A stretch of 64,000 nucleotides of DNA from an uncultured Haliea sp. (GCA_963974125.1 CAXBCH010000014.1:32018-96017); one strand, 5' to 3'; counted from the stretch's first letter, positions 38,928 through 51,129 are shown. Notes: generated by a model from the letters alone, not told the origin. Translations and numbers: made by a program.

Positions 38928-41732
38928 TCAGGTGGTAATGATAAGGCGCAGTGCCTGCAGTTGCAGGCCGGCGTGTTGAATATGGATGGCGCACTCCTCG
39001 ATCCTGTAGTCGAGGTGGTCCAGTTCTTCCTGGCGGATGGAGGGGTTTACCTCCCGCAGAGCCTGCAGCCTCTCCCGCTCGGCTCCCAGATCTTCGCGCA
39101 TCCGCGCTTCCGCGTCTGCCAGGGTGGGTGCCAGCTGTTGTTCGGCAAGCGTTGTTGCCAGCAGCATCTTGGCGTCGACGTCCGGCTGGACCTGCTTGAT
39201 GATGGCCAGGGCGGTGCTCTTGTTTACCCTCTCCACCAGGCCGTTGAGGCGCTCGTGTGGGACCAGCCCGGCCAGGTCCTTGCCGCGTGCATCCACCAGC
39301 AGCCGCAGGGGTGACAGTGGCAGGAAGCGCTCCAGCTGCAGGGCGCGGGGTGCCACGCAGTTGATGGTGAAGATGCTCTCCAGCAGCATGGTGCCAGGGG
39401 CTATGCCCTTGAGCTTGATGGTACCGAGGGCGGCGTTACCCAGCTCCGTGGAGCGCACCATGTCCATGGCTTCCACCAGCATGGGATGTTCCCAGGTCAG
39501 GAAGGCGATGTCTTCCCGGGTCAGTGCCTTGTCGCGGGAGAAGGTGACGGTGGTGCCTTCCTCCTCCAGGCCGGGGAAGTGGCCGGTGAGCATGTGATCG
39601 GTAGGACGCAGAATCAAGGTGTGCTCGGAGTGATGTTCGTGCTCGACACCATAGGCGTCACAGAGTGACTCGAGATAGACCTGCAGCTTGTCGCTGTCCT
39701 CGTTGGCCTCGATTTCGGCGATGACCGCGGCGGCCACATCCGCCTTGCATGAGTTGCGTTCCAGCAGGCGATCCCGTCCTTCGCGCAACTCGCGACGGGT
39801 GTCCAGAGTGAAGGCGGCGGTGTCGACCAGCAGGTCCTCAAAGTCGGCACTGCGCCCGCGCAACTGCGCCAGCAAGCGTTCCTCGAAGCGATCGAAGATC
39901 AGGGTGCCCGCGGAGCAGCTCTCGTGGAACAGGTCGAGGCCGCGGTCGTACCAGTCGAGCAGGGTCTCCTGGGCGCTGCCCTGTAGATAGGGCACATGGA
40001 TTTGCACATCCTCGGTCTGGCCAATGCGGTCGAGGCGGCCGATGCGCTGCTCCAGCAGGTCGGGGTTCAGCGGCAGGTCAAACAGGACCAGGTGGTGGGC
40101 AAACTGGAAGTTGCGCCCTTCGCTGCCGATTTCCGAGCAGACGAGGGTCTGGGCGCCGGCAACGTCATCGGCAAAGTAGGCGGCGGCGCGATCCCGCTCA
40201 ATGATGGACAGCCCCTCATAAAAAGCAGCGGAGCGGATCCCGGCACGCAGGTGCAGGTAGTGCTCCAGCATGACGGCAGTAGCGGCGCGGGCGCAGATCA
40301 CCAGTACCTTTTCCGGGCGCAGCTGTTTCAGGGTCTGCTCCAGCCAGGTGACCCGCGGGTCGAAGGCCAGCCAGCTGTCATCGTGATAGGGGGATTCCGG
40401 GTGCAGGGCCTCCAGCACATCGCTGTTGGCATGGCTGTAGGCGTCCGGAGTCGGCAGCGGATAGCGGTGCATGACCCGCTGCGGGAAGCCGCTGATGGCG
40501 GCCCGGGTGTTGCGGAACATGACGCGACCGGTACCGTGGCGGTCGAGAATCTGCTCGATCAGCACCTCACCGGGGCTGGCCGGGTCCAGCCCGGGCGGCA
40601 GGTCCGGGGGGATTTCGCCCCGCTCCAGCTGTTGTGCCATCTCGCTCCAGTGGCGGTATTGCTGCTCCTCCGCCCGGAAGGCATCCAGCGAATGAAAGCG
40701 CTCCGGGTCCAGCAATTGCAGCCGGGCAAAATGGCTGTCGATGCCGACCTGTTCCGGCGTTGCCGTCAGCAGCAGCAGGCCAGGGCTCTGGCGGGCGAGG
40801 GCAGCGACGAAGCGATAGTCTTCGCCCGGTGCTTCCGGCGACCAGTGCAGGTGATGGGCCTCATCCACAACCACCAGGTCCCAGGGGGCGGTCAGGGCGT
40901 GCAGCTGATGCTGCGGGAACTCCCGGAACAGGTCGAGGCTGCACAGCACCAGCTGTTCGCTCTCGAACGGGTTGAATTCGTCAAGTTCCGGCAGCGCCTC
41001 GTCGCCAAACTCGTCGACCGCGGACAGCTCCTGCAGCCGCTCCTGGTCAAACAGCGAAAAATGCAGGTTGAAACGCCGCAGCATTTCTATCAGCCACTGG
41101 TGCAGCAGGGTCTGTGGCACCAGGATCAACACCCGGGCCGCGCGCCCGGTCAACAGCTGCTGGTGCAGGATCATGCCCGCTTCGATGGTCTTGCCGAGAC
41201 CGACCTCGTCCGCGAGCAGGACCCGTGGCGCGTGGCGCTGGCCGACTTCATTGGCGATGTAGACCTGGTGTGGCAGCAGGCTGGTGCGGGACCCCATCAG
41301 TCCCCGGGCCGGCGAGCGCTGCAGGCGGTCGAGCTGGTTCAGGGTGGCCACCCGCAGTGCGAAGTCACTGGTCTTGTCAAAGTGACCGTTAAGCAAACGT
41401 TGCTGGGGGGTGGTGATCTGCACGAAGGCATCGAGTTCCAGCTCGGATACCGTCACTGACTGCTCGTGGTGATCGGTGCCGGTATACAGCAGCAGGCCGC
41501 CACTCTCTTCGACTTCGGTGACCACCAGCTCCAGGTTGCCCGAGGTGGAAATGTGATCCCCCTCCTTGAAGCGCAGGCGCGTCAGCGGAGCGTTTTCCGC
41601 GGCATAGGTGCGCTCTTCGCCAACGGCGGGGAAGCTCAAGGTCACCCGTCGCGGCTCTACTTCAACAATGACTCCGAGCCCGAGCTGGGCATCCGCGTGG
41701 CTGACCCAGCGTTGGCCGACAATATAGTCCAT
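38928..41732 (-). CDS. rapA: RNA polymerase-associated SWI2/SNF2 ATPase RapA
   Basis: GQRWVS N-terminus, LLADEVGLGKTIEAG, DEAHH and SEGRNFQFAHHL. Confidence 0.95.
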   Translation of the reverse strand: MDYIVGQRWVSHADAQLGLGVIVEVEPRRVTLSFPAVGEERTYAAENAPLTRLRFKEGDHISTSGNLELVVTEVEESGGLLLYTGTDHHEQSVTVSELELDAFVQITTPQQRLLNGHFDKTSDFALRVATLNQLDRLQRSPARGLMGSRTSLLPHQVYIANEVGQRHAPRVLLADEVGLGKTIEAGMILHQQLLTGRAARVLILVPQTLLHQWLIEMLRRFNLHFSLFDQERLQELSAVDEFGDEALPELDEFNPFESEQLVLCSLDLFREFPQHQLHALTAPWDLVVVDEAHHLHWSPEAPGEDYRFVAALARQSPGLLLLTATPEQVGIDSHFARLQLLDPERFHSLDAFRAEEQQYRHWSEMAQQLERGEIPPDLPPGLDPASPGEVLIEQILDRHGTGRVMFRNTRAAISGFPQRVMHRYPLPTPDAYSHANSDVLEALHPESPYHDDSWLAFDPRVTWLEQTLKQLRPEKVLVICARAATAVMLEHYLHLRAGIRSAAFYEGLSIIERDRAAAYFADDVAGAQTLVCSEIGSEGRNFQFAHHLVLFDLPLNPDLLEQRIGRLDRIGQTEDVQIHVPYLQGSAQETLLDWYDRGLDLFHESCSAGTLIFDRFEERLLAQLRGRSADFEDLLVDTAAFTLDTRRELREGRDRLLERNSCKADVAAAVIAEIEANEDSDKLQVYLESLCDAYGVEHEHHSEHTLILRPTDHMLTGHFPGLEEEGTTVTFSRDKALTREDIAFLTWEHPMLVEAMDMVRSTELGNAALGTIKLKGIAPGTMLLESIFTINCVAPRALQLERFLPLSPLRLLVDARGKDLAGLVPHERLNGLVERVNKSTALAIIKQVQPDVDAKMLLATTLAEQQLAPTLADAEARMREDLGAERERLQALREVNPSIRQEELDHLDYRIEECAIHIQHAGLQLQALRLIITT

Positions 41733-41871
41733 AGCGTCCTGTCATCTTGGCAGGCTGAGCGCCCGCGAAAAAGGCGACAGTTTAACATCGACTGTCTTTG
41801 GGTTCAGGCCTCCGGGGCAAATTTCCGGGCCAACTGTGCTTTCCAGTCACTCTCGTCAACGCCGGCGCCGA

Positions 41872-42690
41872 TCAGCTCAGCGCCGCCGGGAAAAACAGCG
41901 CCAGGCTGTTGTGGCGGACTGCACGCAGAAGATCCTCAACCGGCACCTGCTTGACCTCGGCTACCCGCTCGGCGACAAAGGGCAGGTAGAACGGGGCATT
42001 GGGGCGGCCCCTGTAGGGTACGGGGGTCAGGTAGGGCGAGTCGGTCTCCAGCACCAGCTGGTCCAGCGGAGTAGCGGCCACCACTTCCCGCACGTTGTCG
42101 GCCCGGTTGAAGGTGGTGATGCCGTTGAAACCCAGCATGAATCCCTCGTCGAGACAGAATTCCGCCAGCGCCAGGCCCGAGGTGAAGCTGTGAATCACGC
42201 CCTTGCGGCCGAGGTCGCGGCTGAATTCACCGAGAATGGCGCGGGTATCGTCGTCGGCTTCGCGGGTATGGATGACCACTGGCAGGTTCAGTTCCACCGC
42301 CAGTGCCAATTGTGCGGCGAATACCCGGCGCTGTACCGCCCGGTCGGCATGGTCGTAGAAGTAGTCGAGACCGATTTCGCCGACGGCAACGATGCGGGGA
42401 TCGCTGCCGCGCTCGCGGATGGTGTTCGCCACGCTGTTGTTGTAACTCTCCGCCTCGTGCGGATGAATGCCCTGGGTGCCCCAGATGTCCTCCGCAGCCC
42501 GGGTCAGGGCAAACACCCGGTCGAGGTTGGCAGCCGATACCGCAATCGTCACGATGCGTTCAATGCCGACTTCGCGTGCACGGGCCAGGGTCTGTGCCAG
42601 TTGCTCCTGGTCCAGATAATCGAGGTGGCAATGGGTTTCAATCAGCGGGGTCGCGTAGATCGGGATGTCGCGTCGCTTGCTGGTGCTCAT
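41872..42690 (-). CDS. TatD family hydrolase
   Basis: ETHCHLD, GIHPH, GEIGLDY and ETDSPYL. Confidence 0.9.
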   Translation of the reverse strand: MSTSKRRDIPIYATPLIETHCHLDYLDQEQLAQTLARAREVGIERIVTIAVSAANLDRVFALTRAAEDIWGTQGIHPHEAESYNNSVANTIRERGSDPRIVAVGEIGLDYFYDHADRAVQRRVFAAQLALAVELNLPVVIHTREADDDTRAILGEFSRDLGRKGVIHSFTSGLALAEFCLDEGFMLGFNGITTFNRADNVREVVAATPLDQLVLETDSPYLTPVPYRGRPNAPFYLPFVAERVAEVKQVPVEDLLRAVRHNSLALFFPAALS

Positions 42691-42712
42691 TGTCTGTCCG
42701 GAAAGCCGAGGT

Positions 42713-43702
42713 TCAGTGCGGGTTCAGGGGCGACAGCATAGCAGGATAACGGACTCGCTGGGCCGCCGTGTTGTCCGCGGCCATGGCCCGGATGGTGTCC
42801 AGTACCTGGTCCCAGAGCCAGCAGTGCATGGCGGAGTGGCTGGTGCGCCTGTGGGCCACCAGCATGTACTTGAGGGTGTACTCGCTCCCGGGCGGCGTCG
42901 GCAGCGCCACAATGCCGTCGGTGGCATGGGAATTCTGCAGCACATAGGCAGGACCCGGCAGGAAGTAGTCGGTGCTGCGCAGCACCTCCATCGCGGTCAT
43001 GAGGTGTGAGGTTTCCAGCGATCCCTGTTGCGGGTGGCGCACGCGCATGAAGGCTTCGGAAGTCCGGGCCAGCTCGACCTGTTCGAGGTCGGGCACGTAA
43101 ACCCGGATCACCGGGTACAGCGCCAGCCGCTCCCAGGTGATCTCGCCGTGAGTCAGGGGGTGGCCCTCGCGAACCAGGATCGCGGGTGGCGCGGTACCCA
43201 GCACCTGGGTCCGGAATTCCTCGGGATAGTGGGCCTGGGCGATGTGGATGGCAAAATCGAGACTCCCTGTGGCCAACTGTTCGAGCTGGTTTTCCACCCG
43301 GGTAATGGTGCGGATTGAAAGTCTCGGGGCATACTGGTGCAGACGCCGGATCAGGCCTGGCAGCAGGGCTACTCCCACATACTCGGAGAGGGCGAAGGTG
43401 ATTTCACCGCTGTAGGTATAGGGATCGAAGCGCGAGCCCGATACCAGCCGGGTAATGTCGTGGAGCACGACCCCGAGTTCGGTGGCCAGCTCCCGGGCGC
43501 GGGGCGTGGGCTGTATCCCGCGATTGCTGCGGGTGAACAACGGGTCGCCAAAGAGGTCACGCAGGCGGGCCAGGGTTTTGCTCATGGCTGGCTGGGTGAT
43601 GTGCAGCCGCTCCGCGGCCCGCGAAACGCTGCGCTCCTCCAGCAGGGCCTGCAGGGCAACCAGCAGGTTCAGGTCGACTTTGTGGAGATTGAGGGTATCC
43701 AT
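42713..43702 (-). CDS. LysR family regulator (NodD/DntR/YidZ-like)
   Basis: DLNLLVALQALLEERSVSRAAERLHITQPAMSKTLARLRDLFGDPLF HTH. Confidence 0.9.
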   Translation of the reverse strand: MDTLNLHKVDLNLLVALQALLEERSVSRAAERLHITQPAMSKTLARLRDLFGDPLFTRSNRGIQPTPRARELATELGVVLHDITRLVSGSRFDPYTYSGEITFALSEYVGVALLPGLIRRLHQYAPRLSIRTITRVENQLEQLATGSLDFAIHIAQAHYPEEFRTQVLGTAPPAILVREGHPLTHGEITWERLALYPVIRVYVPDLEQVELARTSEAFMRVRHPQQGSLETSHLMTAMEVLRSTDYFLPGPAYVLQNSHATDGIVALPTPPGSEYTLKYMLVAHRRTSHSAMHCWLWDQVLDTIRAMAADNTAAQRVRYPAMLSPLNPH

Positions 43703-43711
43703 CGCTGCTAC

Positions 43712-43777
43712 ATGATTTCAATTCATGAAGATCATAACAAAAATACATTGGATATATATTAGTGGTTTGCCTAAAAT
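43712..43777 (+). promoter_or_regulatory. LysR box and sigma70-like promoter firing away from the LysR gene
   Basis: ATGA-N7-TCAT (T-N11-A) at 43712-43726; -35 TTGGAT 43748-43753, 18-bp spacer, -10 TAAAAT 43772-43777; AT-rich. Confidence 0.55.
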
Positions 43778-43783
43778 TTTCCT

Positions 43784-43878
43784 ATGCGACAAATCCTTCC
43801 GGGCAGGAGTCTCCGGAAGGGTCCGTCCAGGTCCAGACAGACTGTAATTTCAAACCCGCCGCGAGGCGGGGTTTTTTT
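43784..43878 (+). ncRNA. Candidate ~95-nt small regulatory RNA
   Basis: Promoter upstream, 5' hairpin CCTTCCGG/CCGGAAGG and an intrinsic terminator on the + strand with no + strand gene to terminate. Confidence 0.55.
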
Positions 43879-45316
43879 GTCTGCGGCGTCTGTCCGGACG
43901 CGGCAGGACTGCGGTCTCCAGCTCCTCAAGAGCGCTCTCCAGGCAGGCCTTGTAGCGCTCTGGCTGGGGCAGCATCTCGCGATCCGCGAGCACTGAGATG
44001 GTTACCTTGCCGCAATAGCTGAAGAACATGTGGAAGATGCCCAGCCCCGGGGTGAGTACACCCAGACCGTAGTAGTCCACCAGCCGCGCGCCGGCGCAAT
44101 AGAGCGGGAAGTCCGGTCCGGCTACGTTCGAGACCACGGTGGTGACATTGACCGGCATGTAGCTCGACAGGTGATTGCGTGCCCAGAACCCCAGCACTGG
44201 CCGGGTCAGCGCGGGGGCAAACACGCCCGCCAGTTTGAGTACGTCCACCATGGGGCTGGCTTCGCCCGAGCGCTGGGCCTCGATCGCGCTCCGGTGAATG
44301 GATTGCAACCTTTGCGCCGGGTCGGCGATGTCCGTGTGCAGGGACGCGAACACCGAGCCCACCTGGTTGTTGTCTTCACTGCTGTCCCGACGGGTGCGCA
44401 TGTTCAGGGGGATTGTCGCCACCAACGCAGTCTCCGCCGCTTCATCCAGCTCGGTCAAATAGCGTCGCAGGGCGCCGCCGGTGATGGCCAGGGCGACATC
44501 ATTGACCTTGACCCCGGCCGCGTCCTTGATGGCCCGGATACGCTCCAGACTGAACTCGGCGGCAGTGAACACCCGATGCGGTCCCACCGGCCGGTTGAAC
44601 CGGGTTTTGGGTGCGCTGATCTCCGGGGGCGGGACCTCTTTGCGCAATATCGCTGTGAGGTAGCGGGCGAGCTGGGCCGAGGTGCTGAGCCCACCGCTGA
44701 CCACACCGGCGACGTTGCGGATACCGTTGATCGAAGCTCGCGCCAGCAGTTCGGCGACACTGGGCTGCGGGTCCACCAGCTTCGCCGGTTCAGCCTCTGT
44801 CGCGGCGGCCTGCGGGTCGGCGACCAGGTCGTGAATCAGGGCGACGATGCTGGTGCCCGCCATGCCATCGACCAGGGAGTGATGAATCTTGGTATAGATG
44901 GCGAAACTGCCCTTTGGCAGCCCCGGTATCCGGTCCAGACCTTCAATGATCCAGGCCTCCCAAAGGGGCCTGCCCATGTCCAGGGGGCGGGAGTGCAGGC
45001 GGGCTACCTGGATGCACAGCTGGCGCCAGTCTCCCGGTTTCGGCAGGGCGATATGGCGCAGATGAAATTCGACATCGAAACGCGCATCCTTGACCCAGTA
45101 GGGGCGGTCCAGTCCCCCGGGGACCCGCACCAGCCGGGTGCGAAACAGCGGCTGGTTGGCGAGACGCCGCTCGAAAGTGGCGATCACCTGCTTGAAGCGA
45201 ACTTTGCCGCCGGGAGCGGTCGAAGGATCATAGATTCCCAGCGAGCCCACGTGCTGGGGGGTGTTGGGTTGCTCCATGTTGATGAATGCGGAGTCGAGGA
45301 TGCCAAGTTGCTTCAT
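43850..45316 (-). CDS. Wax ester/triacylglycerol synthase (WS/DGAT) O-acyltransferase
   Basis: HHSLVDG catalytic HHxxxDG, DVEFHLRHIALPKPG, RPLWE and VVSNVAGP. Confidence 0.92.
   Translation of the reverse strand: MKQLGILDSAFINMEQPNTPQHVGSLGIYDPSTAPGGKVRFKQVIATFERRLANQPLFRTRLVRVPGGLDRPYWVKDARFDVEFHLRHIALPKPGDWRQLCIQVARLHSRPLDMGRPLWEAWIIEGLDRIPGLPKGSFAIYTKIHHSLVDGMAGTSIVALIHDLVADPQAAATEAEPAKLVDPQPSVAELLARASINGIRNVAGVVSGGLSTSAQLARYLTAILRKEVPPPEISAPKTRFNRPVGPHRVFTAAEFSLERIRAIKDAAGVKVNDVALAITGGALRRYLTELDEAAETALVATIPLNMRTRRDSSEDNNQVGSVFASLHTDIADPAQRLQSIHRSAIEAQRSGEASPMVDVLKLAGVFAPALTRPVLGFWARNHLSSYMPVNVTTVVSNVAGPDFPLYCAGARLVDYYGLGVLTPGLGIFHMFFSYCGKVTISVLADREMLPQPERYKACLESALEELETAVLPRPDRRRRQKNPASRRV
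43852..43878 (+). terminator. Rho-independent terminator
   Basis: AAA-CCCGCC-GCGA-GGCGGG-G-T7; GNRA tetraloop. Confidence 0.8.
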
Positions 45317-45440
45317 GTGTGTGCGGTCCCGCCCTGTTTGCGCGCCAGGGTAATCAGTGTGTAACGTCTGTAGCCGTTATATCATTAAGCCACTGGCTGC
45401 TCTACCCGGCAGCCCTCCCGACTCAGGGCAGGAACAAGTG

Positions 45441-46748
45441 ATGACTCCATGGCTGACTATCCGGCAGCTGGCCACCGCGACGTTGCTGGCACTGCTGCTG
45501 GCCAACGCTGTTGCGGCCGCCCCGGCGGCGACTTACGGGCGCGAGTTCGTGCGCCTGGACCGATACTGGCCCGACGAAGCCCCGGTGGCGCTGCTGCCGA
45601 AGCCGCCACGGCAGGGGCAGGCGGCAGCGGTGGCGGCCCAGCGCGAGCGGCTGCTGGAACTGGAGCAGGAGCAGGGGCCCTATGCCGCGGCCCTGGCGGA
45701 ACCGCTGATGGATATGGGGCGCTTCCTGCAGGAAGCCGGAGACGCGGAACAGGCGGGGCAGCTCTACCAGCGGGCGCTGCATGTCCTGCGGATCAATGAG
45801 GGACTCTACAGCGACAACCAGATGCCGCTGCTGCGCAATCTGTTCGCCGTCCACCGCAGCCTGGGTGACTGGCAGGCGCTGGATGCACGCTACGAGTATT
45901 TTTTCCGGCTCGCAGCCACTTCGGGCCAGATGGACGTGGAATCTGCGGTGGCATACTTCCGCTGGCAGCGGGAGGCGCTGCGACGACAACTCGATAGCAG
46001 TGACCACCGCCGCCTGCTGCGCCTGTACGAGGCCAATGAGCAGTTGCTTGCCGCTGCCGACCCGGGGCAGGACGCGGCGGGCTACTGGCAACTGCTGGAC
46101 AGCCAGCTGCGCAACCTGTATCTGGTGCAGGCGCTGGCAACCCCCCGCAGGGTGAGCACGACACGCGGTTTTACCTCGGCAGCGCCTTTTCGCGGCGAGC
46201 CCATGCAGGAAATGGATGTCCATGAGCAACGCCTGGCGAATGTCCAGCGCACTGCGGTGGCGCGAGGCAGTGAGCTGCTCGTCGACTTCATTGACTCGCC
46301 CGCCCTGGGGGATGCAGGGCTGCGGGCGCAGGCACTGCTGGCGCTGGCGGACTGGCACCAGTGGAACGGTCTCCGCGGACGGGCCGGCGAGGATTACCGG
46401 CAGGTGGTCAGTTTCCTGCAGACGACCCGCCAGGAAGGCCGGCTGCAGGAGTGGTTTGGCAGCCCGGTGGAGCTGCCGGACAACGGTGCCTTTTCCCGTG
46501 ATCCCGGGGCGGGCGGCGTGCGGGTATCTGCGCGCTTTGCTGTTACCGCGGAAGGGCGCCCGCAGGATATCGAAACGGTGGCTGCGGAGGAGAGCGAGAA
46601 GGGTTTCGCCATGCGCCTGTACCGGAGCCTGCTCGCGACCCGGTTCCGGCCGCGATTCGAGGCCGGGACTGCGGTGGCCACCGCGGAGGTCGAGCGCAAC
46701 TACCGCTACCTGGACCCCGAGGCGCTCAGGCGTTTTCGATCACCATGA
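45441..46748 (+). CDS. Exported TPR protein with C-terminal TonB_C-like domain
   Basis: Signal peptide, ALHVLRINEGLYS TPR-like helices and C-terminal RFAVTAEGRP...RFRPRFEAG. Confidence 0.6.
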   Translation: MTPWLTIRQLATATLLALLLANAVAAAPAATYGREFVRLDRYWPDEAPVALLPKPPRQGQAAAVAAQRERLLELEQEQGPYAAALAEPLMDMGRFLQEAGDAEQAGQLYQRALHVLRINEGLYSDNQMPLLRNLFAVHRSLGDWQALDARYEYFFRLAATSGQMDVESAVAYFRWQREALRRQLDSSDHRRLLRLYEANEQLLAAADPGQDAAGYWQLLDSQLRNLYLVQALATPRRVSTTRGFTSAAPFRGEPMQEMDVHEQRLANVQRTAVARGSELLVDFIDSPALGDAGLRAQALLALADWHQWNGLRGRAGEDYRQVVSFLQTTRQEGRLQEWFGSPVELPDNGAFSRDPGAGGVRVSARFAVTAEGRPQDIETVAAEESEKGFAMRLYRSLLATRFRPRFEAGTAVATAEVERNYRYLDPEALRRFRSP

Positions 46749-47334
46749 GCGCACCGCGAGCCTCGACACTGCCGCGGCAGCGCCAGGGCAGCAGTTCCGC
46801 GCAGTGGCGATCGACGCAGGTCTGGGCCATCTCCAGGAAGGTCGAGCGCTCCGGGTCGGCGATGACAATGTGCTTGACGCCGGCTTTTAGCGCGCGGTTT
46901 ACCAGGTTGGTGACCGGCTTCACCAACTCATCCCAAAAGCAGATGTCGGCGGCGATGAGCATGTCGTACTGTGCCAGTTCGCGTGTGGTCAGCTGCTCGA
47001 AGCGCCTGACCAGATGGCGGCTGCTGACACCGTTGAGCGTGGCGACGGCATCCAGATAGGGAAACACATCCGGGTCGGCGTCCATGGAAGTGACCTCGGA
47101 ACCCAGTTTGGCCGCACACCAGAGTCCGGCAATGCCCCAACCGCAGCCTACGTCGAGTACCCGCCCGTGGTGTTCGGGGGTATGCTTGCCGAGATAATCG
47201 AGCAGCAGGCAGCTGGATTTCCACAGCTTGTTGCCGTGAATGCTGGGCTGACTGCCCTGGCGCCGGACCCGACGGATGGCAGGGTGCGATGTGGTGGGCA
47301 TGATCATGCCGCGGAATTTGCGCTCGTTGGCCAC
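46726..47334 (-). CDS. Class I SAM-dependent methyltransferase (Methyltransf_16-like)
   Basis: KLWKSSCLLLDYL, VLDVGCGWG motif I and IAADICF. Confidence 0.8.
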   Translation of the reverse strand: MANERKFRGMIMPTTSHPAIRRVRRQGSQPSIHGNKLWKSSCLLLDYLGKHTPEHHGRVLDVGCGWGIAGLWCAAKLGSEVTSMDADPDVFPYLDAVATLNGVSSRHLVRRFEQLTTRELAQYDMLIAADICFWDELVKPVTNLVNRALKAGVKHIVIADPERSTFLEMAQTCVDRHCAELLPWRCRGSVEARGALMVIENA

Positions 47335-47335
47335 C

Positions 47336-47785
47336 TCAGCTTGCCTTGCCCAGGATTTCCACGTCTTCTGCCTGCGGCCCCTTCTTGCTGCTGGCCGTGT
47401 GGAAGGCTACCCGTTGGCCGTCCTGGAGGCTGCGGCGGCCTTCGCCGCGGATGGAACGAAAGTGGACAAAGATCTCGTCGCCGTCATCGCGGGTGATGAA
47501 GCCGAATCCCTTGGCGGAATTGAACCACTTGACGGTCCCCTGTTCCCGGTTGCCTGTGCTGCCGGGTTTCGAAGCGGGCGCCCCGCTGGCACGCCTGGGG
47601 CTGGCGGCTTTGGCGCCCTTGTCGGCAGGTACAAGGCCAACCGCCAGGGCAGTGCCGACAGTGGCGATGGTAAAGGTGGCGAGGAGGGCCAGGTCCGGGA
47701 ACTGGCCTCCCTGCAGGAAGGTGGCGATGGTGGAGACCGCAGCCGCGATCACAATACTGATAATTAACCTGGCGCTGAACTGCAT
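47336..47785 (-). CDS. Cold-shock domain protein with N-terminal membrane segments
   Basis: Two hydrophobic segments, a linker, then GTVKWFNSAKGFGFI (RNP1) and EIFVHF (RNP2). Confidence 0.88.
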   Translation of the reverse strand: MQFSARLIISIVIAAAVSTIATFLQGGQFPDLALLATFTIATVGTALAVGLVPADKGAKAASPRRASGAPASKPGSTGNREQGTVKWFNSAKGFGFITRDDGDEIFVHFRSIRGEGRRSLQDGQRVAFHTASSKKGPQAEDVEILGKAS

Positions 47786-47956
47786 TGTTGCCCTCTTGTG
47801 GTAATGGCTAAGTTGGTAATGGTGGTGCTGTGGTGACAGGACACAAAGGCCCGCCGCGGCGCAAGCACAGCCGGCACCTGAATAACGGGGTGAACACAGT
47901 AGCCTTGTAGCGGTGCCAACGGGCTCGACAGCCGGTTGTTACCGCGAGTTGCTGTG

Positions 47957-48169
47957 CTACAGCTTTTGCACGTCCTCAGCCTGCAGGCCCTTGGGCCCCT
48001 CGACAAGACTGAATTCAACGACTTGACCCTCGTTCAGGGTGCGATAACCATCCCCCTGAATGGAACGAAAGTGCACGAAAACATCGTCGCTGCTTTCTTC
48101 CCGGGTGATAAAACCAAACCCCTTGGCGTTATTGAACCACTTCACCGTGCCGCTCACACGTTCACTCAT
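47957..48169 (-). CDS. Cold-shock protein (CspA/CspD family)
   Basis: 70 aa; [15 protein letters not shown] and DVFVHF. Confidence 0.93.
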   Translation of the reverse strand: MSERVSGTVKWFNNAKGFGFITREESSDDVFVHFRSIQGDGYRTLNEGQVVEFSLVEGPKGLQAEDVQKL

Positions 48170-48261
48170 ACCGCTTTCCTCGGTGTAGCCTGCTGCTTTT
48201 TATTATTCCCCGCAGCGTTGCCGCAGCGGGGTACCGAAAATTCGCCCATCCGGCTGCCGAG

Positions 48262-51096
<2,835 letters not shown>

Positions 51097-51129
51097 CGCT
51101 AGAGGTGTCCGGCTGCAAAAAGAGCGGGA

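Noticed and set aside
43784-43996. 70-aa leaderless small protein at the sRNA locus
   Set aside because: The ORF runs through the intrinsic terminator into the antisense of WS/DGAT and has no protein-like features; ncRNA is the better explanation.
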